Positions 29,594 to 44,242 of a DNA stretch of 64,000 nucleotides are shown piece after piece (position 1 is the stretch's first letter; each line of letters opens with the position of its first letter). The position numbers were made by a program, and so were the translations under genes. Below the pieces are notes generated by a model that was given only the letters and a program-made list of their open reading frames with translations, had not been told where the DNA came from and made no database searches. The DNA comes from an uncultured delta proteobacterium. GTDB taxonomy: Bacteria > Myxococcota > Myxococcia > Myxococcales > Myxococcaceae. The DNA is taken from assembly GCA_963771175.1 (NCBI GenBank), contig CAVYSY010000022.1:98580-162579 (forward strand). Direction: 5' to 3'.

Positions 29594-29695
29594 GACGAAG
29601 AGTGCTCCACGAGTGAATACGAGTTCTTGGGCGCCGTGTAGGACGCGGCGCAACCTAACGCAAGAAGGTTGGATGGCCAGTGGCCAGCCGTGGAT

Positions 29696-30868
29696 TTAGA
29701 GCTGCAGCGTGCCCCGGACATCTGTCTGGTAGGCCTGGGCGAGCGCCTCCGCTGCCTTGCGGGCCTCCTGGGAGGGGTGTTCGGGCACCTTCACCTGGAG
29801 GGTGAGGTAGAGGTCTCCCGCCGGCCCGCCCTTGAGGGAGGGAGCGCCCCGACCGCGGAGCCGCATGCGGCGGCCGGACTGCGAGCCCTCGGGCACCTTC
29901 ACCGTCACCTCGCCCTGGAAGGTGGGCACGCGCACCTCGGCGCCCAGCATGGCCTCGCTCACCGTCACCGGCAGGTCCATGTAGAGGTCGTCGCCCTCGC
30001 GGCGCACCAGGGGGTGCTCCGCGACGATCGTCTCGATGTAGAGGTCCCCCGGGGGGCCGCCGCGCGAGCCCGCCGAGCCCTGGCCGGACAGCCGCACCTT
30101 GGAGCCCGTGTGGACGCCGGCGGGAATCTTCACGGTGAGGCGCGTCGTCTCCTCCTGCACGCCCGAGCCCTGGCAGGAAGGGCAGGGCGGGGCGGCGCGG
30201 CCGGTGCCTCGACAGGTGGGGCACATGCCGCTCGAGGACATGCCCAGGATGCCGCTGCGGCGCACCCGGCCAGTCCCTCCGCAGGAGGCACAAGTGGTTG
30301 GAGTTCCCACTTCGCCCGAGCCCTGGCAGCGCTGGCAGCGCCCGGGGCGCTGGAGGGAGATGGCGCGCTCGGTGCCGGTGAGGGCCTCGTTGAAGCTGAG
30401 GGTGAGGGTGGCGGTGATGTCCTCGCCCGCGGCGGGACCGGCGGTGCGGCCTCCGGCGGCGCCACGTCCGAACATGTCGCTGACGTCCTGGCCGGCCCCG
30501 GCGCGGTTGAAGAGATCGAAGAGGTCGCCCATGTCGAAGTCGGCGCCGCCTCCCCCACCGCGGCCGCCGAACGGCATGCCGCCGCCAGCCGCCTGCGCGG
30601 CCCTGTAGGCCCGGTACTGCTCGGCCTTCTTCTCGTCGAAGCCGATCTTGGCCGCGTCCTCGCCGAACTCGTCGTACAGCTTGCGCTTCTTGTCGTCCGA
30701 GAGGACCTCGAAGGCCGCGTTGAGCTGCTTGAACTTCTCCTCGGCCGCCTTGTTGCCCGGGTTGACGTCCGGGTGGTACTTCCGCGCGAGCTTGCGGAAG
30801 GCCTTCTTGATCTCGTCGGCTGAGGCCGTCCGGGACACGCCGAGAATCTGGTAGTAGTCGTCCGCCAT
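29696..30868 (-). CDS. dnaJ: DnaJ family chaperone
   Basis: [13 protein letters not shown]-rich region, four CxxCxGxG repeats, C-terminal domain; may be one of several paralogues. Confidence 0.85.
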   Translation of the reverse strand: MADDYYQILGVSRTASADEIKKAFRKLARKYHPDVNPGNKAAEEKFKQLNAAFEVLSDDKKRKLYDEFGEDAAKIGFDEKKAEQYRAYRAAQAAGGGMPFGGRGGGGGADFDMGDLFDLFNRAGAGQDVSDMFGRGAAGGRTAGPAAGEDITATLTLSFNEALTGTERAISLQRPGRCQRCQGSGEVGTPTTCASCGGTGRVRRSGILGMSSSGMCPTCRGTGRAAPPCPSCQGSGVQEETTRLTVKIPAGVHTGSKVRLSGQGSAGSRGGPPGDLYIETIVAEHPLVRREGDDLYMDLPVTVSEAMLGAEVRVPTFQGEVTVKVPEGSQSGRRMRLRGRGAPSLKGGPAGDLYLTLQVKVPEHPSQEARKAAEALAQAYQTDVRGTLQL

Positions 30869-30980
30869 GGGGTTTACCGCCCTCCGAACTGCAAGAACGT
30901 AACCCACCGTCCGGCGAGCGCCAGCACTGCGTGTGAGCTTCGGTCCGGATGTATAAAGTGGCCGGAGGATGAGAGAGGGC

Positions 30981-31706
30981 ATGGGAGCACCGCGCCGACG
31001 AGGAGCGAGGACCGGGTGGGTGGTGGGCTGGCTCGCGCTGGTGCCGGTGGCCGCCGCCTGGACATCTGCTCCCTCGGAGCCCTCCCCGGGCGGCCCCGAT
31101 GGCCGAGGGGCGCCTGGTGGACCGGGTGGTGGCGGTCATCGAGAACGCAGGTGCTCACCCTGAGCGAGCTGGAGTTCGAGAGCCGGGTGGCGCTCGTCCA
31201 GCGGGGGGGCGTGCAGGCGGCCGAGGCCCCGCTCGACGAGCAGACGCTCCGGGCGCGCTGGAGCTGGCCCTCAGCCAGCGGCTGCAGGTGCTGGAGGCGG
31301 ATCGGCTGCAGGCCTTCCCGGCGGAGCGCTGCGGAGGTGGAGGCGCGCTGAAGGCGTTCCGGCGAGCGCTTCGAGAGCGAGCCGGCGCTGCAGGCCTTCC
31401 TGGCCCGGCACGAGGCGGACCTGGAGCAGCTCACCGCGGTGCTGGAGCGCGGCGTGCGGGCCGAGCACATCCTGGACAGCCGCATCCGGCTGCGGGCCCA
31501 GGTGGGCGAGGCCGAGGTGCGGCGCTACTAGGAGCAGCACACGGGCGGAGCTGGGGGGGCCCCTACGAGTGCGCTGCGGGACACCGGTGCGGAGCAGCTG
31601 GTCCGGGAGCGCTACGCGCAGCTCGCGAAGGAGGAGCTGGCCACAGGTGCGGGCGAGCGCCGCGGGTGCGGCGGGTGGCGCCCTTCGCTCGGGAGGCGCG
31701 CCATGA
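30981..31706 (+). CDS. Exported protein with SurA N-terminal-like domain, many apparent frameshifts
   Basis: [17 protein letters not shown] motif; ATGA overlap with the next gene. Confidence 0.45.
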
Positions 31707-32214
31707 GGCGGATGCGTGAGGAGCGCCGTCCGGCGGAGCAGGCGCGGGAGGGGACCCCCTTCCTGATCCGGCAGATGACGCACGAGGACCTGCCGGCGGT
31801 GATGGAGCTGGAGAAGGCCTCGCTTCCGCAACCCCTGGTCGTTCGAGCTGCTGCGGCGCGAGCTGAGCCACGACTGGTCCACCATCCTGCTCGTGGAGGA
31901 GCCGCTGCCGGAGGGGGGCCGCCGCCTGCTGGGCTTCTCCATCTTCTGGATCGTCCACGACGAGGTGCACGTGCTGAACGTGGCGACCGCGCCGGAGCAC
32001 CGGCGGCGGGGGGTGGGGCGGGTGGCTGATGGAGGCCACCCTGGCGCGAGGGGCGGGCGCGCAAGTGCTACGCTGGCCACCCTGGAGGTGCGCCGCAGCA
32101 ACGAGGCGGCGCTCACAGCTCTACAAGTCGTTCGGCTTCCGCGCGGTGGGCGTCCGGCCGAACTACTACGTGGACGAGGGCGAGGACGCGATCGTGATGG
32201 TTCTCGACTTCTAG
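31703..32214 (+). CDS. rimI: Ribosomal protein alanine N-acetyltransferase, apparent frameshifts
   Basis: EVHVLNVATAPEHRRRGVG, TLEVRRSN, GFRAVGVRPNYY, EDAIVM. Confidence 0.85.
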
Positions 32215-32305
32215 AGGCCGGGAGGGTAGAGGAGCGAGCCCGCCGTCTGAATGTAGGAATGGACTCCCATGCTGCCCCGGTTGCAACGCCGTGGGCCGGC
32301 AGTGC

Positions 32306-32333
32306 TTGACACAGGGTGTCCCCTCCCTATACT
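32306..32333 (+). promoter_or_regulatory. Sigma-70 promoter of the str operon
   Basis: TTGACA-N16-TATACT followed by GC-rich CGCGGCCC. Confidence 0.8.
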
Positions 32334-32424
32334 CGCGGCCCTTTTTCAAGCGCTTTGTAGGTTTGTATGCGCTGCCCGGCCGGACACCACCCGGGGCATC
32401 CATCGGGAAGGAAGGATGCAGCTA

Positions 32425-32796
32425 GTGCCGACTATTAGCCAGTTGGTCCGCAAGGGCCGCGAGAAGTTGAACATCAAGGGCAAGAGCCCTGCTCTGAAGG
32501 AGTGCCCTCAGAAGCGTGGCGTCTGCACTCGCGTGTACACCACCACCCCGAAGAAGCCGAACTCGGCTCTCCGCAAGGTGGCGCGTGTTCGTCTGACGAA
32601 CGGGATCGAGGTCACCTCGTACATCCCCGGCGTGGGTCACAACCTCCAGGAGCACTCGGTGGTGATGATCCGCGGCGGCCGTGTGAAGGACCTCCCGGGC
32701 GTTCGCTACCACATCGTGCGCGGCACGCTGGACTCCGTGGGCGTGGCCGGCCGCAAGCAGAGCCGCTCCAAGTACGGCGCCAAGCGCCCGAGCTGA
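32425..32796 (+). CDS. rpsL: 30S ribosomal protein S12
   Basis: [33 protein letters not shown] start. Confidence 0.98.
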   Translation: MPTISQLVRKGREKLNIKGKSPALKECPQKRGVCTRVYTTTPKKPNSALRKVARVRLTNGIEVTSYIPGVGHNLQEHSVVMIRGGRVKDLPGVRYHIVRGTLDSVGVAGRKQSRSKYGAKRPS

Positions 32797-32922
32797 TTCG
32801 GGTCACCACCTTCGTCGCTGGTTTCGGGACGCTTGCCCCGCACCCTGGGGAGCGCTCCTGAGTTTCGAAAACGCTCGTAGAAGCCCCACTGAATGACTCT
32901 CCGGGGAGGGAGTGGGGCGTAA

Positions 32923-33408
<486 letters not shown>

Positions 33409-33544
33409 TCCTTGGCGTCTTGAAGTACCCAGCACCCGGATGCGGATCCCCGCGTCCGGGTGTTTCGGTCTTTGACATCCGTTTCCGTTGATTCGTGGTT
33501 GGAGGGGGCTGGAGCCCCGTCCCGTTCTGGAGAGGTTGAGGAAA

Positions 33545-35621
33545 ATGGCTCGCGAGTACCCGCTCGAGCGCTACCGCAACATCGGCATCATGGCGCACAT
33601 CGATGCCGGCAAGACCACGACCACCGAGCGGATCCTGTTCTACACGGGCGCCATCCACAAGATGGGCGAGGTGCATGAAGGCACCACGACCACGGACTGG
33701 ATGGTGCAGGAGCGCGAGCGCGGCATCACCATCACCTCGGCCGCCATCACCGCCTTCTGGACCCGGAACGAGCAGAAGTACCGCATCAACATCATCGACA
33801 CGCCGGGCCACGTGGACTTCACCATCGAGGTGGAGCGCTCGCTGCGCGTGCTGGACGGGGCCATCGCGGTCTTCGACGCCGTGAACGGTGTCGAGCCCCA
33901 GTCCGAGACGGTCTGGCGCCAGGCGGACAAGTACAAGGTCCCCCGCATCTGCTTCATCAACAAGATGGACCGGGTGGGCGCGGACTTCGACGATGTCCGT
34001 GGGCACCATCCGCGAGAAGCTGGGCGCGCGTCCGGTGCGCCTGCAGCTGCCGCTGGGCACCGAGGACAAGCACCGCGGCGTCATCGACCTGGTGCGGATG
34101 AAGGCGCTCGTCTTCCACGACTCGGAGCAGGGCAGCCGCTTCGACGTGGTGGACATCCCCGAGGAGTTCCGCGAGGAGGCCGAGGCGGCCCGGAGCGAGC
34201 TGGTCGAGACGGCGGCCGAGCAGGACGACGCGCTCACCGAGAAGTTCCTCGAGGGCAATGAGCTCACCGAGGAGGAGATTCGCGGCGCCATCCGCAAGGG
34301 GTGCCTGGGGCTGAAGATCTTCCCCGTGTTCTGTGGCTCGGCCTTCAAGCACAAGGGCGTGCAGCCGCTGCTGGACGCGGTGGTGGACTACCTGCCCAAC
34401 CCGCTGGAAGTGCCGCCGGTGCACGGCAAGAGCCCCAAGGGCGAGGACGAGACGCGCGAGACGAACGACAAGGCGCCCTTCAGCGCGCTGGTGTTCAAGA
34501 TCATGAACGACCCGTCGTTCCAGTCCCAGACGCTGACGTTCCTCCGCGTCTACTCGGGGAAGCTGGAGGCGGGCACCGCGGCGTGGAACTCGGTGAAGGG
34601 CAAGCGCGAGCGCATCAGCCGTCTGGTGCAGATGCGCGCGGACAAGAAGGACGAGGTCCAGGAGTGCTACGCCGGTGACATCTGCGCGGTGGTGGGCCTG
34701 AAGCTGGCGACCACGGGCGACACGCTCTGCGACGACAAGCACCCCATCATCCTGGAGCGGATGGAGTTCCCCGAGCCCGTCATCGACGTGGCCATCGAGC
34801 CGAAGTCCACGGCGGACCAGGACAAGATCATCACCAGCCTGGCGCGCCTGGCGATGGAGGACCCGTCGTTCCGCGTGAGGACGAACGAGGAGACGGGGCA
34901 GACCATCATCGCCGGCATGGGCGAGCTGCACCTGGAGATCATCGTCGACCGGCTCCTGCGCGAGTTCAAGGTCGACGCCAACGTGGGCAAGCCCCAGGTG
35001 GCCTACCGCGAGACGATCACCAAGGCGGTGGAGACCGAGGGCAAGTACATCCGCCAGACGGGTGGCAAGGGCATGTACGGCCACATCTGGCTGCGGGTGG
35101 CGCCCAACGAGCCGGGTAAGGGCTTCGTCTTCGAGAACAAGGTCGTCGGCGGGGTGGTGACGAAGGAGTTCGTGGACGCGGTGAAGCAGGGCGTCTCCGA
35201 GGCCATGCAGAGTGGTCCCATCGCGGGCTACCCGATGCTGGACGTGAAGGTCGAGGCCTACGACGGCTCCATGCACGACGTGGACTCGAACGAGATGGCC
35301 TTCAAGATCGCCGGCTCGATGGCCTTCCGGGACGCAGTGCGCACGGCGAACCCCGTGCTCCTCGAGCCCATCATGGACTGCGAGATCGTCACCCCGGATG
35401 ACTTCATGGGCGACGTCATCGGCGACCTGAATGGCCGCCGAGGGAAGATCCTGGGGATGGATCCCCGGCCGGGCAGCGTGCAGGCCATCCACGCCCAGGT
35501 GCCGCTCGCCAAGATGTTTGGGTACTCGACCGATCTGCGCAGCCGCAGCCAGGGAAGAGCTACCTACACCATGCGGTTCAGCCACTACGCGCCCGCACCG
35601 AAGGACGTGCTGAACCGATGA
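33545..35621 (+). CDS. fusA: Elongation factor G, apparent frameshift near 33990
   Basis: [33 protein letters not shown]. Confidence 0.97.
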
Positions 35622-35738
35622 TCGTTCCGTCCCCTTGGACAGGGGGCGGGCGATTTAAGTTGACGTTTGTGCAGGTTTGGAGCAGGACGCAGCACCTTTC
35701 CCCGACTCGCCGGCAAGCCGGCCTCGTGAGGAGCAGCT

Positions 35739-36929
<1,191 letters not shown>

Positions 36930-36944
36930 TTTCCGTCGTCCCTG

Positions 36945-36980
36945 CTTCCTCGGGCTTCTGTTCAGAAAAGTCCGGGGAAG
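36945..36980 (+). terminator. Hairpin after tuf
   Basis: CTTCCTCGGGCTT...AAGTCCGGGGAAG imperfect inverted repeat, no U-tract. Confidence 0.4.
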
Positions 36981-36991
36981 TGGGAATAAGG

Positions 36992-37020
36992 TTGCATCCA
37001 CCGGGGTGCGGTGGTACAAG
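36992..37020 (+). promoter_or_regulatory. Candidate sigma-70 promoter of the S10 operon
   Basis: TTGCAT-N17-TACAAG with TG extension, then CCGCGCCCC. Confidence 0.5.
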
Positions 37021-37118
37021 CCGCGCCCCTTCGTTTGAAGAAATGGCTCTGTGACATCCAGGGGACGTTGGTCGTAGCGCCTCCCGAAGGCAGAGGCCGT
37101 TTAAAGAGGTTTTTGCGA

Positions 37119-37427
<309 letters not shown>

Positions 37428-37480
37428 GGAAGCGGGGCTGAGCCCGCGCGGTTCCACTCCGTTCCCCAGAGGAAAGAGCC

Positions 37481-38104
37481 ATGGCGAAGTTCGACGTAGT
37501 CGACCTGGATATGAAGAAAGTGTCGGAGCTTGAGCTCTCCGACGAGGTTTTCGGCGCCGAGCCGAACGCGAACCTCTTTTATGAGGTCGCGAAGATGCAG
37601 CAGATCAACCGGCGCCGGGGTACGGTGGCGGTGAAGAACACCTCGCTGGTGAGCGGTGGTGGCAAGAAGCCCTGGAAGCAGAAGGGTACTGGCCGCGCCC
37701 GTCAGGGTTCCATCCGCGCCTCCCACTGGGTGGGCGGCGGTAAGGCGATGGGTCCCAAGCCGCGTGACTACTTCTACCGTCCCCCCAAGAAGGTCCGCCG
37801 CGGTGCGCTGAAGGCGGCTCTGTCGCTGCGCGCCCGGGAGAAGTCCCTCATCATCCTGAGTGACTTCAACCTGTCCGCTCCGAAGAGCAAGCAGGCCTTC
37901 GAGGCGCTGACCAAGCGGCTGAAGCTGGCCGGCGCGCTGGTCATCGACGCCAAGAGCAACACCAACCTGCACCGCAGCGTGCGCAACCTGGCGAAGTTCG
38001 ACGTTCTGCCGCCCGAGGGCCTGAACCTCGAGTCCGTGCTCCGCCACAAGCACCTGGTGCTCACTTCCGCGGCCGCCAAGGCCATCGAGGGGGCGCTCTC
38101 GTGA
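37481..38104 (+). CDS. rplD: 50S ribosomal protein L4
   Basis: [19 protein letters not shown]. Confidence 0.98.
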   Translation: MAKFDVVDLDMKKVSELELSDEVFGAEPNANLFYEVAKMQQINRRRGTVAVKNTSLVSGGGKKPWKQKGTGRARQGSIRASHWVGGGKAMGPKPRDYFYRPPKKVRRGALKAALSLRAREKSLIILSDFNLSAPKSKQAFEALTKRLKLAGALVIDAKSNTNLHRSVRNLAKFDVLPPEGLNLESVLRHKHLVLTSAAAKAIEGALS

Positions 38105-38394
38105 ACATGAATGACGTCATCAAGGGTCCGCTCATCACCGAGAAGCTGGACGCGGCCCGCGAGAAGTTCCGGCAGTACTCGTTCATCGTGGACAAGAAGG
38201 CCAGCAAGCACGACGTGGCCCATGCCGTCGAGACGCTCTTCAAGGTGAGCGTCGAGGGTGTCCGCACCAACATCGTCCGCGGCAAGACCAAGCGCGTGGG
38301 CCGCTCCATCGGTAAGCGGCCGAACTTCAAGAAGGCGGTCGTCACCCTCAAGGAGGGGGACAAGATCGAGCTCTTCGAGGGAGGCGCGGTCTAG
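38101..38394 (+). CDS. rplW: 50S ribosomal protein L23
   Basis: [14 protein letters not shown]; synteny. Confidence 0.97.
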   Translation: MNMNDVIKGPLITEKLDAAREKFRQYSFIVDKKASKHDVAHAVETLFKVSVEGVRTNIVRGKTKRVGRSIGKRPNFKKAVVTLKEGDKIELFEGGAV

Positions 38395-38426
38395 CGCACT
38401 GCGCTGACCGTCGTTGAGGAACCACC

Positions 38427-39272
38427 ATGGGCATCAAGAAGTACAAGCCGACCTCTGCCGCCCGACGTCTCATGACGTCGTCCGACTTCGCGGACATCAC
38501 CAAGGGCAAGCCGGAGAAGAAGCTCACCGAGTCGCTCAACAAGTCCGGCGGCCGCAACGTCCACGGCCACATCACCCGCCGTCACCAGGGTGGTGGTCAC
38601 AAGCGTCGCTACCGCATCATCGACTTCAAGCGTCGGGACAAGGACGGCGTGCCGGCGAAGGTCGCGGCCGTCGAGTACGACCCGAACCGCTCCGCCAACA
38701 TCGCCCTCCTGCACTACGCGGATGGCGAGAAGCGCTACATCATCGCTCCGGTGGACCTGAAGGTCGGGGACACCGTCATGGCGGGTGAGGGCGCGGACAT
38801 CCGTCCGGGCAACAGCCTCCCGCTGATGAACATCCCGGTGGGTACCATCATCCACAACGTGGAGCTGAAGCCTGGCCGCGGCGCTCAGATCATCCGCTCC
38901 GCGGGCTCCTCCGGCCAGCTCATGGCGAAGGAGGGCCGCTACGCCCAGGTTCGTCTGCCCTCGGGCGCCGTGCGCATGGTGCTCATCGAGTGCCGGGCCA
39001 CCGTGGGTCAGGTGGGCAACCTGGAGCACGAGATCATCCGCATCGGTAAGGCGGGTCGCAGCCGCTGGCTGGGCATCCGGCCCACCGTCCGCGGTCTGGC
39101 GATGAACCCGGTCGACCACCCGCACGGTGGTGGTGAGGGTAAGTCCGGCCAGGGTAATCCGCATCCGGTGTCGCCGTGGGGCAAGAAGACCAAGGGTCTC
39201 AGCACGCGCACCAACAAGCGTACTGACAAGTTCATCGTGAGCGTCCGCCGTCCGGGCGCGCGCAGCCAGTAG
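38427..39272 (+). CDS. rplB: 50S ribosomal protein L2
   Basis: [22 protein letters not shown]. Confidence 0.99.
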   Translation: MGIKKYKPTSAARRLMTSSDFADITKGKPEKKLTESLNKSGGRNVHGHITRRHQGGGHKRRYRIIDFKRRDKDGVPAKVAAVEYDPNRSANIALLHYADGEKRYIIAPVDLKVGDTVMAGEGADIRPGNSLPLMNIPVGTIIHNVELKPGRGAQIIRSAGSSGQLMAKEGRYAQVRLPSGAVRMVLIECRATVGQVGNLEHEIIRIGKAGRSRWLGIRPTVRGLAMNPVDHPHGGGEGKSGQGNPHPVSPWGKKTKGLSTRTNKRTDKFIVSVRRPGARSQ

Positions 39273-39287
39273 TCGAGGGTTCGCACA

Positions 39288-39569
39288 ATGGCGCGTTCGA
39301 TTAAGAAGGGTCCGTTCGTCGATGGTTTCCTCGTGAAGAAGATCGAGGACATGATCAAGACGAACAAGAAGAGTGTTGTGAAGACGTGGTCCCGGCGTTC
39401 CACCATCCTGCCGGAGTTCGTGGGACACACCTTCGCGGTGCACAACGGCCGCAAGTTCATCCCCGTCTTCGTGACCGAGAACATGGTGGGCCACAAGCTC
39501 GGCGAGTTCGCCCCGACGCGTACGTTCGGCGGTCACTCGGCGGAGAAGAAGGTCGCCAAGGGCAAGTAG
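39288..39569 (+). CDS. rpsS: 30S ribosomal protein S19
   Basis: [19 protein letters not shown]. Confidence 0.98.
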   Translation: MARSIKKGPFVDGFLVKKIEDMIKTNKKSVVKTWSRRSTILPEFVGHTFAVHNGRKFIPVFVTENMVGHKLGEFAPTRTFGGHSAEKKVAKGK

Positions 39570-39609
39570 CTGGCCCCGCTGACAGGCGGCTTCCGCCAGA
39601 GGAGATGAC

Positions 39610-39954
39610 ATGGAGTCGAAGGCACATCTGAGGTTCCTGCGCATGTCGCCCCGGAAGGTTTCCACGGTGGCGGCGCTCGTCCGGGGCAAGTCGGTGGGAC
39701 AGGCCCTGAACATTCTGCGTTTCACCAGCCGCGCCGCGGCCGTCCCGGTGGCCAAGCTCATCAAGAGCGCCGTCGCCAACGCGACCGACCTGTCCAAGGG
39801 CCAGGTCGACGTGGACAAGCTCGTCGTCAAGACGATCTCGGTGGATCAGGGGCCGACCCAGCGCCGGTATATGCCGCGCGCCATGGGCCGCGCCTCGCGC
39901 ATCAACAAGAAGACCAGTCACATTCACGTGGTGCTGGAAGAGGCGAAGAAGTAG
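39610..39954 (+). CDS. rplV: 50S ribosomal protein L22
   Basis: SPRKV, SAVANA, PRAMGRA, TSHI. Confidence 0.98.
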   Translation: MESKAHLRFLRMSPRKVSTVAALVRGKSVGQALNILRFTSRAAAVPVAKLIKSAVANATDLSKGQVDVDKLVVKTISVDQGPTQRRYMPRAMGRASRINKKTSHIHVVLEEAKK

Positions 39955-39996
39955 TCGCCCTGGCGCTCCACGCAACCGATTCGAAGGAGAAGCACG

Positions 39997-40662
<666 letters not shown>

Positions 40663-40668
40663 CCCCCT

Positions 40669-40692
40669 GAGCCGCCCCGGAAGGGGCGGCTC
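40669..40692 (+). other. GNRA-capped intergenic hairpin between rpsC and rplP
   Basis: GAGCCGCCCC-GGAA-GGGGCGGCTC perfect 10-bp stem, no U-tract. Confidence 0.6.
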
Positions 40693-40716
40693 GCTCGGGA
40701 TTGAAGGACACCGACG

Positions 40717-41136
40717 ATGCTTCAGCCTGCTCGTACGAAGTACCGCAAGATGCATAAGGGCCGCACGCCCGGTCTGGCCCATCGCGGCAGCGACCTGACC
40801 TACGGTGAGTTCGGTCTGATGTCCCTGCAGCCGGGGTGGATCACCTCGCGCCAGATCGAGGCGGCCCGTATCGCCATGACGCGTCACATCAAGCGTGGCG
40901 GCAAGATCTGGATCCGGGTGTTCCCGGACAAGCCCATCACCAAGAAGCCCGCCGAGACTCGTATGGGTACCGGTAAGGGTGGTGTGGAGTACTACGTGGC
41001 GGTGGTCAAGCCTGGCCGTATCCTCTACGAGATGGAGGGTATGACTGCGGACGTGGCCACGGCCGCCCTGAAGCTGGCCCAGGCGAAGCTGCCGGTGCTG
41101 ACCAAGATCGTTCAGCGCAGCGACCTGGCGCTCTAG
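40717..41136 (+). CDS. rplP: 50S ribosomal protein L16
   Basis: [19 protein letters not shown]. Confidence 0.98.
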   Translation: MLQPARTKYRKMHKGRTPGLAHRGSDLTYGEFGLMSLQPGWITSRQIEAARIAMTRHIKRGGKIWIRVFPDKPITKKPAETRMGTGKGGVEYYVAVVKPGRILYEMEGMTADVATAALKLAQAKLPVLTKIVQRSDLAL

Positions 41137-41197
41137 TTCCGCCCGAGGGCGGTCCCTGATAAGAGGGCCGCCCGCTGGCTCTGAGGAGATTTAGAAG

Positions 41198-41404
41198 ATG
41201 GCGACTGCGAAGGAACTCAAGGAGCTCTCGGCGGACGACCTGAAGCGGCGCGCGGCCGAGCTGCGCGAGACGCTGTTCCAGGATCAGCTCAAGCGGGCCA
41301 CCGGCTCGCTCGATAACCCGTCCGAGCGCACCCAGCACAAGCGCGACCTGGCGCGCATCCTGACCGTCCTGGGGGAGAAGACCCGGACGGAGAAGAAGGC
41401 TTAG
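41198..41404 (+). CDS. rpmC: 50S ribosomal protein L29
   Basis: [17 protein letters not shown]; synteny. Confidence 0.95.
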   Translation: MATAKELKELSADDLKRRAAELRETLFQDQLKRATGSLDNPSERTQHKRDLARILTVLGEKTRTEKKA

Positions 41405-41415
41405 GAGCTTTTCTC

Positions 41416-41730
41416 ATGGCTGAAGCGACTCAATCCACCTCCGCCAAGACCTCCACCCGCGGCCGTCCCAAGACCCGCGTGGGGATCGTGACCTCCAACA
41501 AGATGCAGAAGACGGTGGTGGTCACCGTCTCCCGCCGCGCTGCTCACCCGAAGTACGGGAAGATCATGAGCATGCGCGAGAAGTACAAGGCGCACGTCGA
41601 GGATCACGACTACCCGAGCAAGGTCACCATCAACGAGGGTGACCGGGTGCGTATCGCCGAGACCAGTCCCGCTTCGAAGGACAAGCGTTGGCGCGTGGTC
41701 GAGGTGCTGGAGAAGAGCAAGAACGTCTGA
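41416..41730 (+). CDS. rpsQ: 30S ribosomal protein S17
   Basis: [26 protein letters not shown]. Confidence 0.97.
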   Translation: MAEATQSTSAKTSTRGRPKTRVGIVTSNKMQKTVVVTVSRRAAHPKYGKIMSMREKYKAHVEDHDYPSKVTINEGDRVRIAETSPASKDKRWRVVEVLEKSKNV

Positions 41731-41837
41731 GCCGTCCGAGCTCGCGCCGCCAACCCTGGCGCGCGAGGCCGTGGCTCGAGCGCGCGGTGCCCCCCTTCAT
41801 TGGAGGGGCCTGCCGTAGCTGAGAGAGGAAATTCCAG

Positions 41838-42206
41838 ATGATTCAGATGACGAGCGTGCTCGACGTGGCCGACAACTCGGGCGCCAAGAAGGTGTTCTGC
41901 ATCAAGGTGCTCGGCGGCTCGAAGCGCAAGTATGCGTCCATCGGCGATGTGATCGTCGTGTCGGTGCGCGAGGCGCTGCCGAACTCCAAGGTGAAGAAGG
42001 GTGATGTGGCCAAGGCGGTCATCGTGCGCACCTCGCGCGGGGTGGGCCGTGCGGATGGCAGCTACATCAAGTTCGATGGCAACTCCGCCGTCCTCATCAA
42101 CAAGGACATGGAGCCCATCGGGACGCGCATCTTCGGGCCGGTGGCCCGCGAGCTCCGCGCCCGCAAGTTCATGAAGATCATCTCGCTCGCTCCCGAGGTC
42201 CTCTAG
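41838..42206 (+). CDS. rplN: 50S ribosomal protein L14
   Basis: [27 protein letters not shown]. Confidence 0.99.
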   Translation: MIQMTSVLDVADNSGAKKVFCIKVLGGSKRKYASIGDVIVVSVREALPNSKVKKGDVAKAVIVRTSRGVGRADGSYIKFDGNSAVLINKDMEPIGTRIFGPVARELRARKFMKIISLAPEVL

Positions 42207-42243
42207 TAGGGCATCAGGCGGTCCGCGAGGAGGGAGAGGAACC

Positions 42244-42573
42244 ATGGAGAAGCTCAAGGTTGGAGACACCGTCCAGGTCATCGCCGGCGCCGAGCGCTCG
42301 GAGAAGACCCCGGCGACCAAGCGCGGCAAGGTGCTGAAGATCGACCGCGAGGCCCAGCGCGTGACCGTGGAGGGCGTGCGCCTGGTCAAGCGGCACCTCC
42401 GCAAGACGCCCCAGCAGCCCGAGGGCGGCATTGTGGAGAAGGCGGGCACCATCCACATCTCGGATGTGCAGGTGGTTTGCGCCAAGTGCGACAAGCCGAC
42501 CCGCGTGGGCATCCGGGCGGATGGAGAGAAGAAGAAGCGGTTCTGCAAGAACTGCGACGCCCTGATTGACTAG
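42244..42573 (+). CDS. rplX: 50S ribosomal protein L24
   Basis: [12 protein letters not shown] motif, GGIVEK, IHISDV. Confidence 0.96.
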   Translation: MEKLKVGDTVQVIAGAERSEKTPATKRGKVLKIDREAQRVTVEGVRLVKRHLRKTPQQPEGGIVEKAGTIHISDVQVVCAKCDKPTRVGIRADGEKKKRFCKNCDALID

Positions 42574-42747
42574 GGGCCCGGGTTCGGGCATGTATGCGCG
42601 CCCTTTGTCCTACCCCCGGGTAGGAGAGGGCGGGCAGGCGTCTCCGGGGCCCCGAAGAACGGCTAGGGCTCCGGTGTTTCCAGTTTCCACGCAGCACTGA
42701 TCGGCGCGCTGGGTCCACGACGGCGTTCCGAAGCAGAGGACAAGACG

Positions 42748-43401
42748 ATGGCTGAAGAGAAGAAGGAAGCGGCTCCGAAGAAGGAGAAGAAGGGCCGCAA
42801 GAAGGAAGAGCTCAAGAAGGCTGGATTCGCGGCGAACATCGAGGAGGGTCTCGAGGCCAAGCCGGCGCGTCTGAAGCTGCGCTTCCGCAAGGAGGGCGTG
42901 CCCGCGCTGATGAAGGATCTGGGGCTCAAGAACCCCATGCAGGTGCCCCGCCTCGAGAAGATCGTCGTCAACATGGGTCTGGGTGAGGCGCTCGCCAACA
43001 ACAAGATCCTCGAGTCCGCCGTGGACCAGTTGGGTGCCATCACCGGCCAGAAGCCCGTGGTGACCCGCGCCCGCAAGTCCATCGCGAACTTCAAGCTGCG
43101 CCAGGGCCAGGCCATCGGCTGCGCCGTCACGCTGCGCGGCGACCGCATGTTCGAGTTCCTGGACCGCCTCATCACCGTCGCGCTGCCGCGCGTGCGTGAC
43201 TTCAAGGGCGTGTCCCCCAAGGCCTTCGACGGGAAGGGCAACTACACGCTCGGCGTGCGCGAGCAGATCATCTTCCCCGAAATCAACTACGACCAGATCG
43301 AGAAGGTGAAGGGGCTCAACATCAGCTTCGTCACCACCGCGAAGAACGACGAGCAGGGGCTGGCGCTGATGCGTCACTTCGGCATGCCGTTCCGCACGTA
43401 A
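42748..43401 (+). CDS. rplE: 50S ribosomal protein L5 with N-terminal extension
   Basis: [30 protein letters not shown]. Confidence 0.98.
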   Translation: MAEEKKEAAPKKEKKGRKKEELKKAGFAANIEEGLEAKPARLKLRFRKEGVPALMKDLGLKNPMQVPRLEKIVVNMGLGEALANNKILESAVDQLGAITGQKPVVTRARKSIANFKLRQGQAIGCAVTLRGDRMFEFLDRLITVALPRVRDFKGVSPKAFDGKGNYTLGVREQIIFPEINYDQIEKVKGLNISFVTTAKNDEQGLALMRHFGMPFRT

Positions 43402-43416
43402 CGAGGATCCGCATCC

Positions 43417-43602
43417 ATGGCCAAGCTCTCGAAGATCGCCCAGGCGAAGCGCAAGCCGAAGTTCTCCGTCCGCGCCTACAACCGGTGCCCGCTCTGTGGC
43501 CGGCCCCGCGCGTTCCTGCGGAAGTTCAACATGTGCCGTATCTGCTTCCGGCACCGCGCGCTCCGCGGCGAGATCACCGGCGTCACCAAGTCGTCCTGGT
43601 AG
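43417..43602 (+). CDS. rpsN: 30S ribosomal protein S14, zinc-binding type Z
   Basis: RCPLCGR...CRICFR, 61 aa. Confidence 0.97.
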   Translation: MAKLSKIAQAKRKPKFSVRAYNRCPLCGRPRAFLRKFNMCRICFRHRALRGEITGVTKSSW

Positions 43603-43782
43603 TCGGACGCGGGCGTCCCTGCCTCCAAGAAGGGCAGGGGAGCCTGGCCCACCTGTGACCAGGTGGGCCGAAGCAGTGAGAATGCATTGCAATCGTGGCG
43701 AACCCCCGGGATGGGCCCGGCAGGCGCGGCGGTTGCGAACGCGGTGGCGACTGGAGTTGCCCCGCACGGAAGGTAGCCATTC

Positions 43783-44184
43783 ATGTCGGTCGTCAACGAT
43801 CCCATCGGCGACATGCTGACCCGCCTGCGCAACGGCTCGCGCGCGCGTCACGATAAGGTCGTCGTCCCCCACTCGAACCTCAAGCTCGAGATCATCAAGG
43901 TCCTCAAGTCCGAGGGGTTCATCGGGGACTACACCGTTCACGAGCGCAAGCCCCAGAGCGAGATCAGCGTCCAGCTGAAGTACGGGCCGGATCGCGCTCC
44001 CGCCATCACCGGCATCCGCCGCGTGTCCAAGCCGGGTCTGCGCCGTTACACGAACTCGCGTGAGATCCCGCAGGTGCTCGGTGGTCTGGGCATCTCCATC
44101 CTGTCCACGTCCCGGGGCGTGATGGTGGACACCGAGGCTCGCAAGCAGAAGGTCGGCGGCGAGCTGCTCTGCACCGTCTACTAG
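43783..44184 (+). CDS. rpsH: 30S ribosomal protein S8
   Basis: [30 protein letters not shown]. Confidence 0.98.
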   Translation: MSVVNDPIGDMLTRLRNGSRARHDKVVVPHSNLKLEIIKVLKSEGFIGDYTVHERKPQSEISVQLKYGPDRAPAITGIRRVSKPGLRRYTNSREIPQVLGGLGISILSTSRGVMVDTEARKQKVGGELLCTVY

Positions 44185-44242
44185 CCAGCGGTCCGGGTGC
44201 CGCGGTTCACGCCGCGACCTGGACTCACTGCACGAGGGAATC

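Noticed and set aside
32425..32796. Streptomycin-resistance alleles in rpsL
   Set aside because: PKKPNS and RVKDLPG are wild type
34770..34805. [15 protein letters not shown] with Asp at the position matching an argyrin-resistance site (Pseudomonas S417)
   Set aside because: The position is naturally variable and Asp occurs in unrelated EF-Gs as far as I recall; no argyrin genes are in the window
43655..43680. CAGG...GAAGCAG resembling SRP RNA domain IV
   Set aside because: Lacks the GGAA tetraloop stem and the long flanking helix
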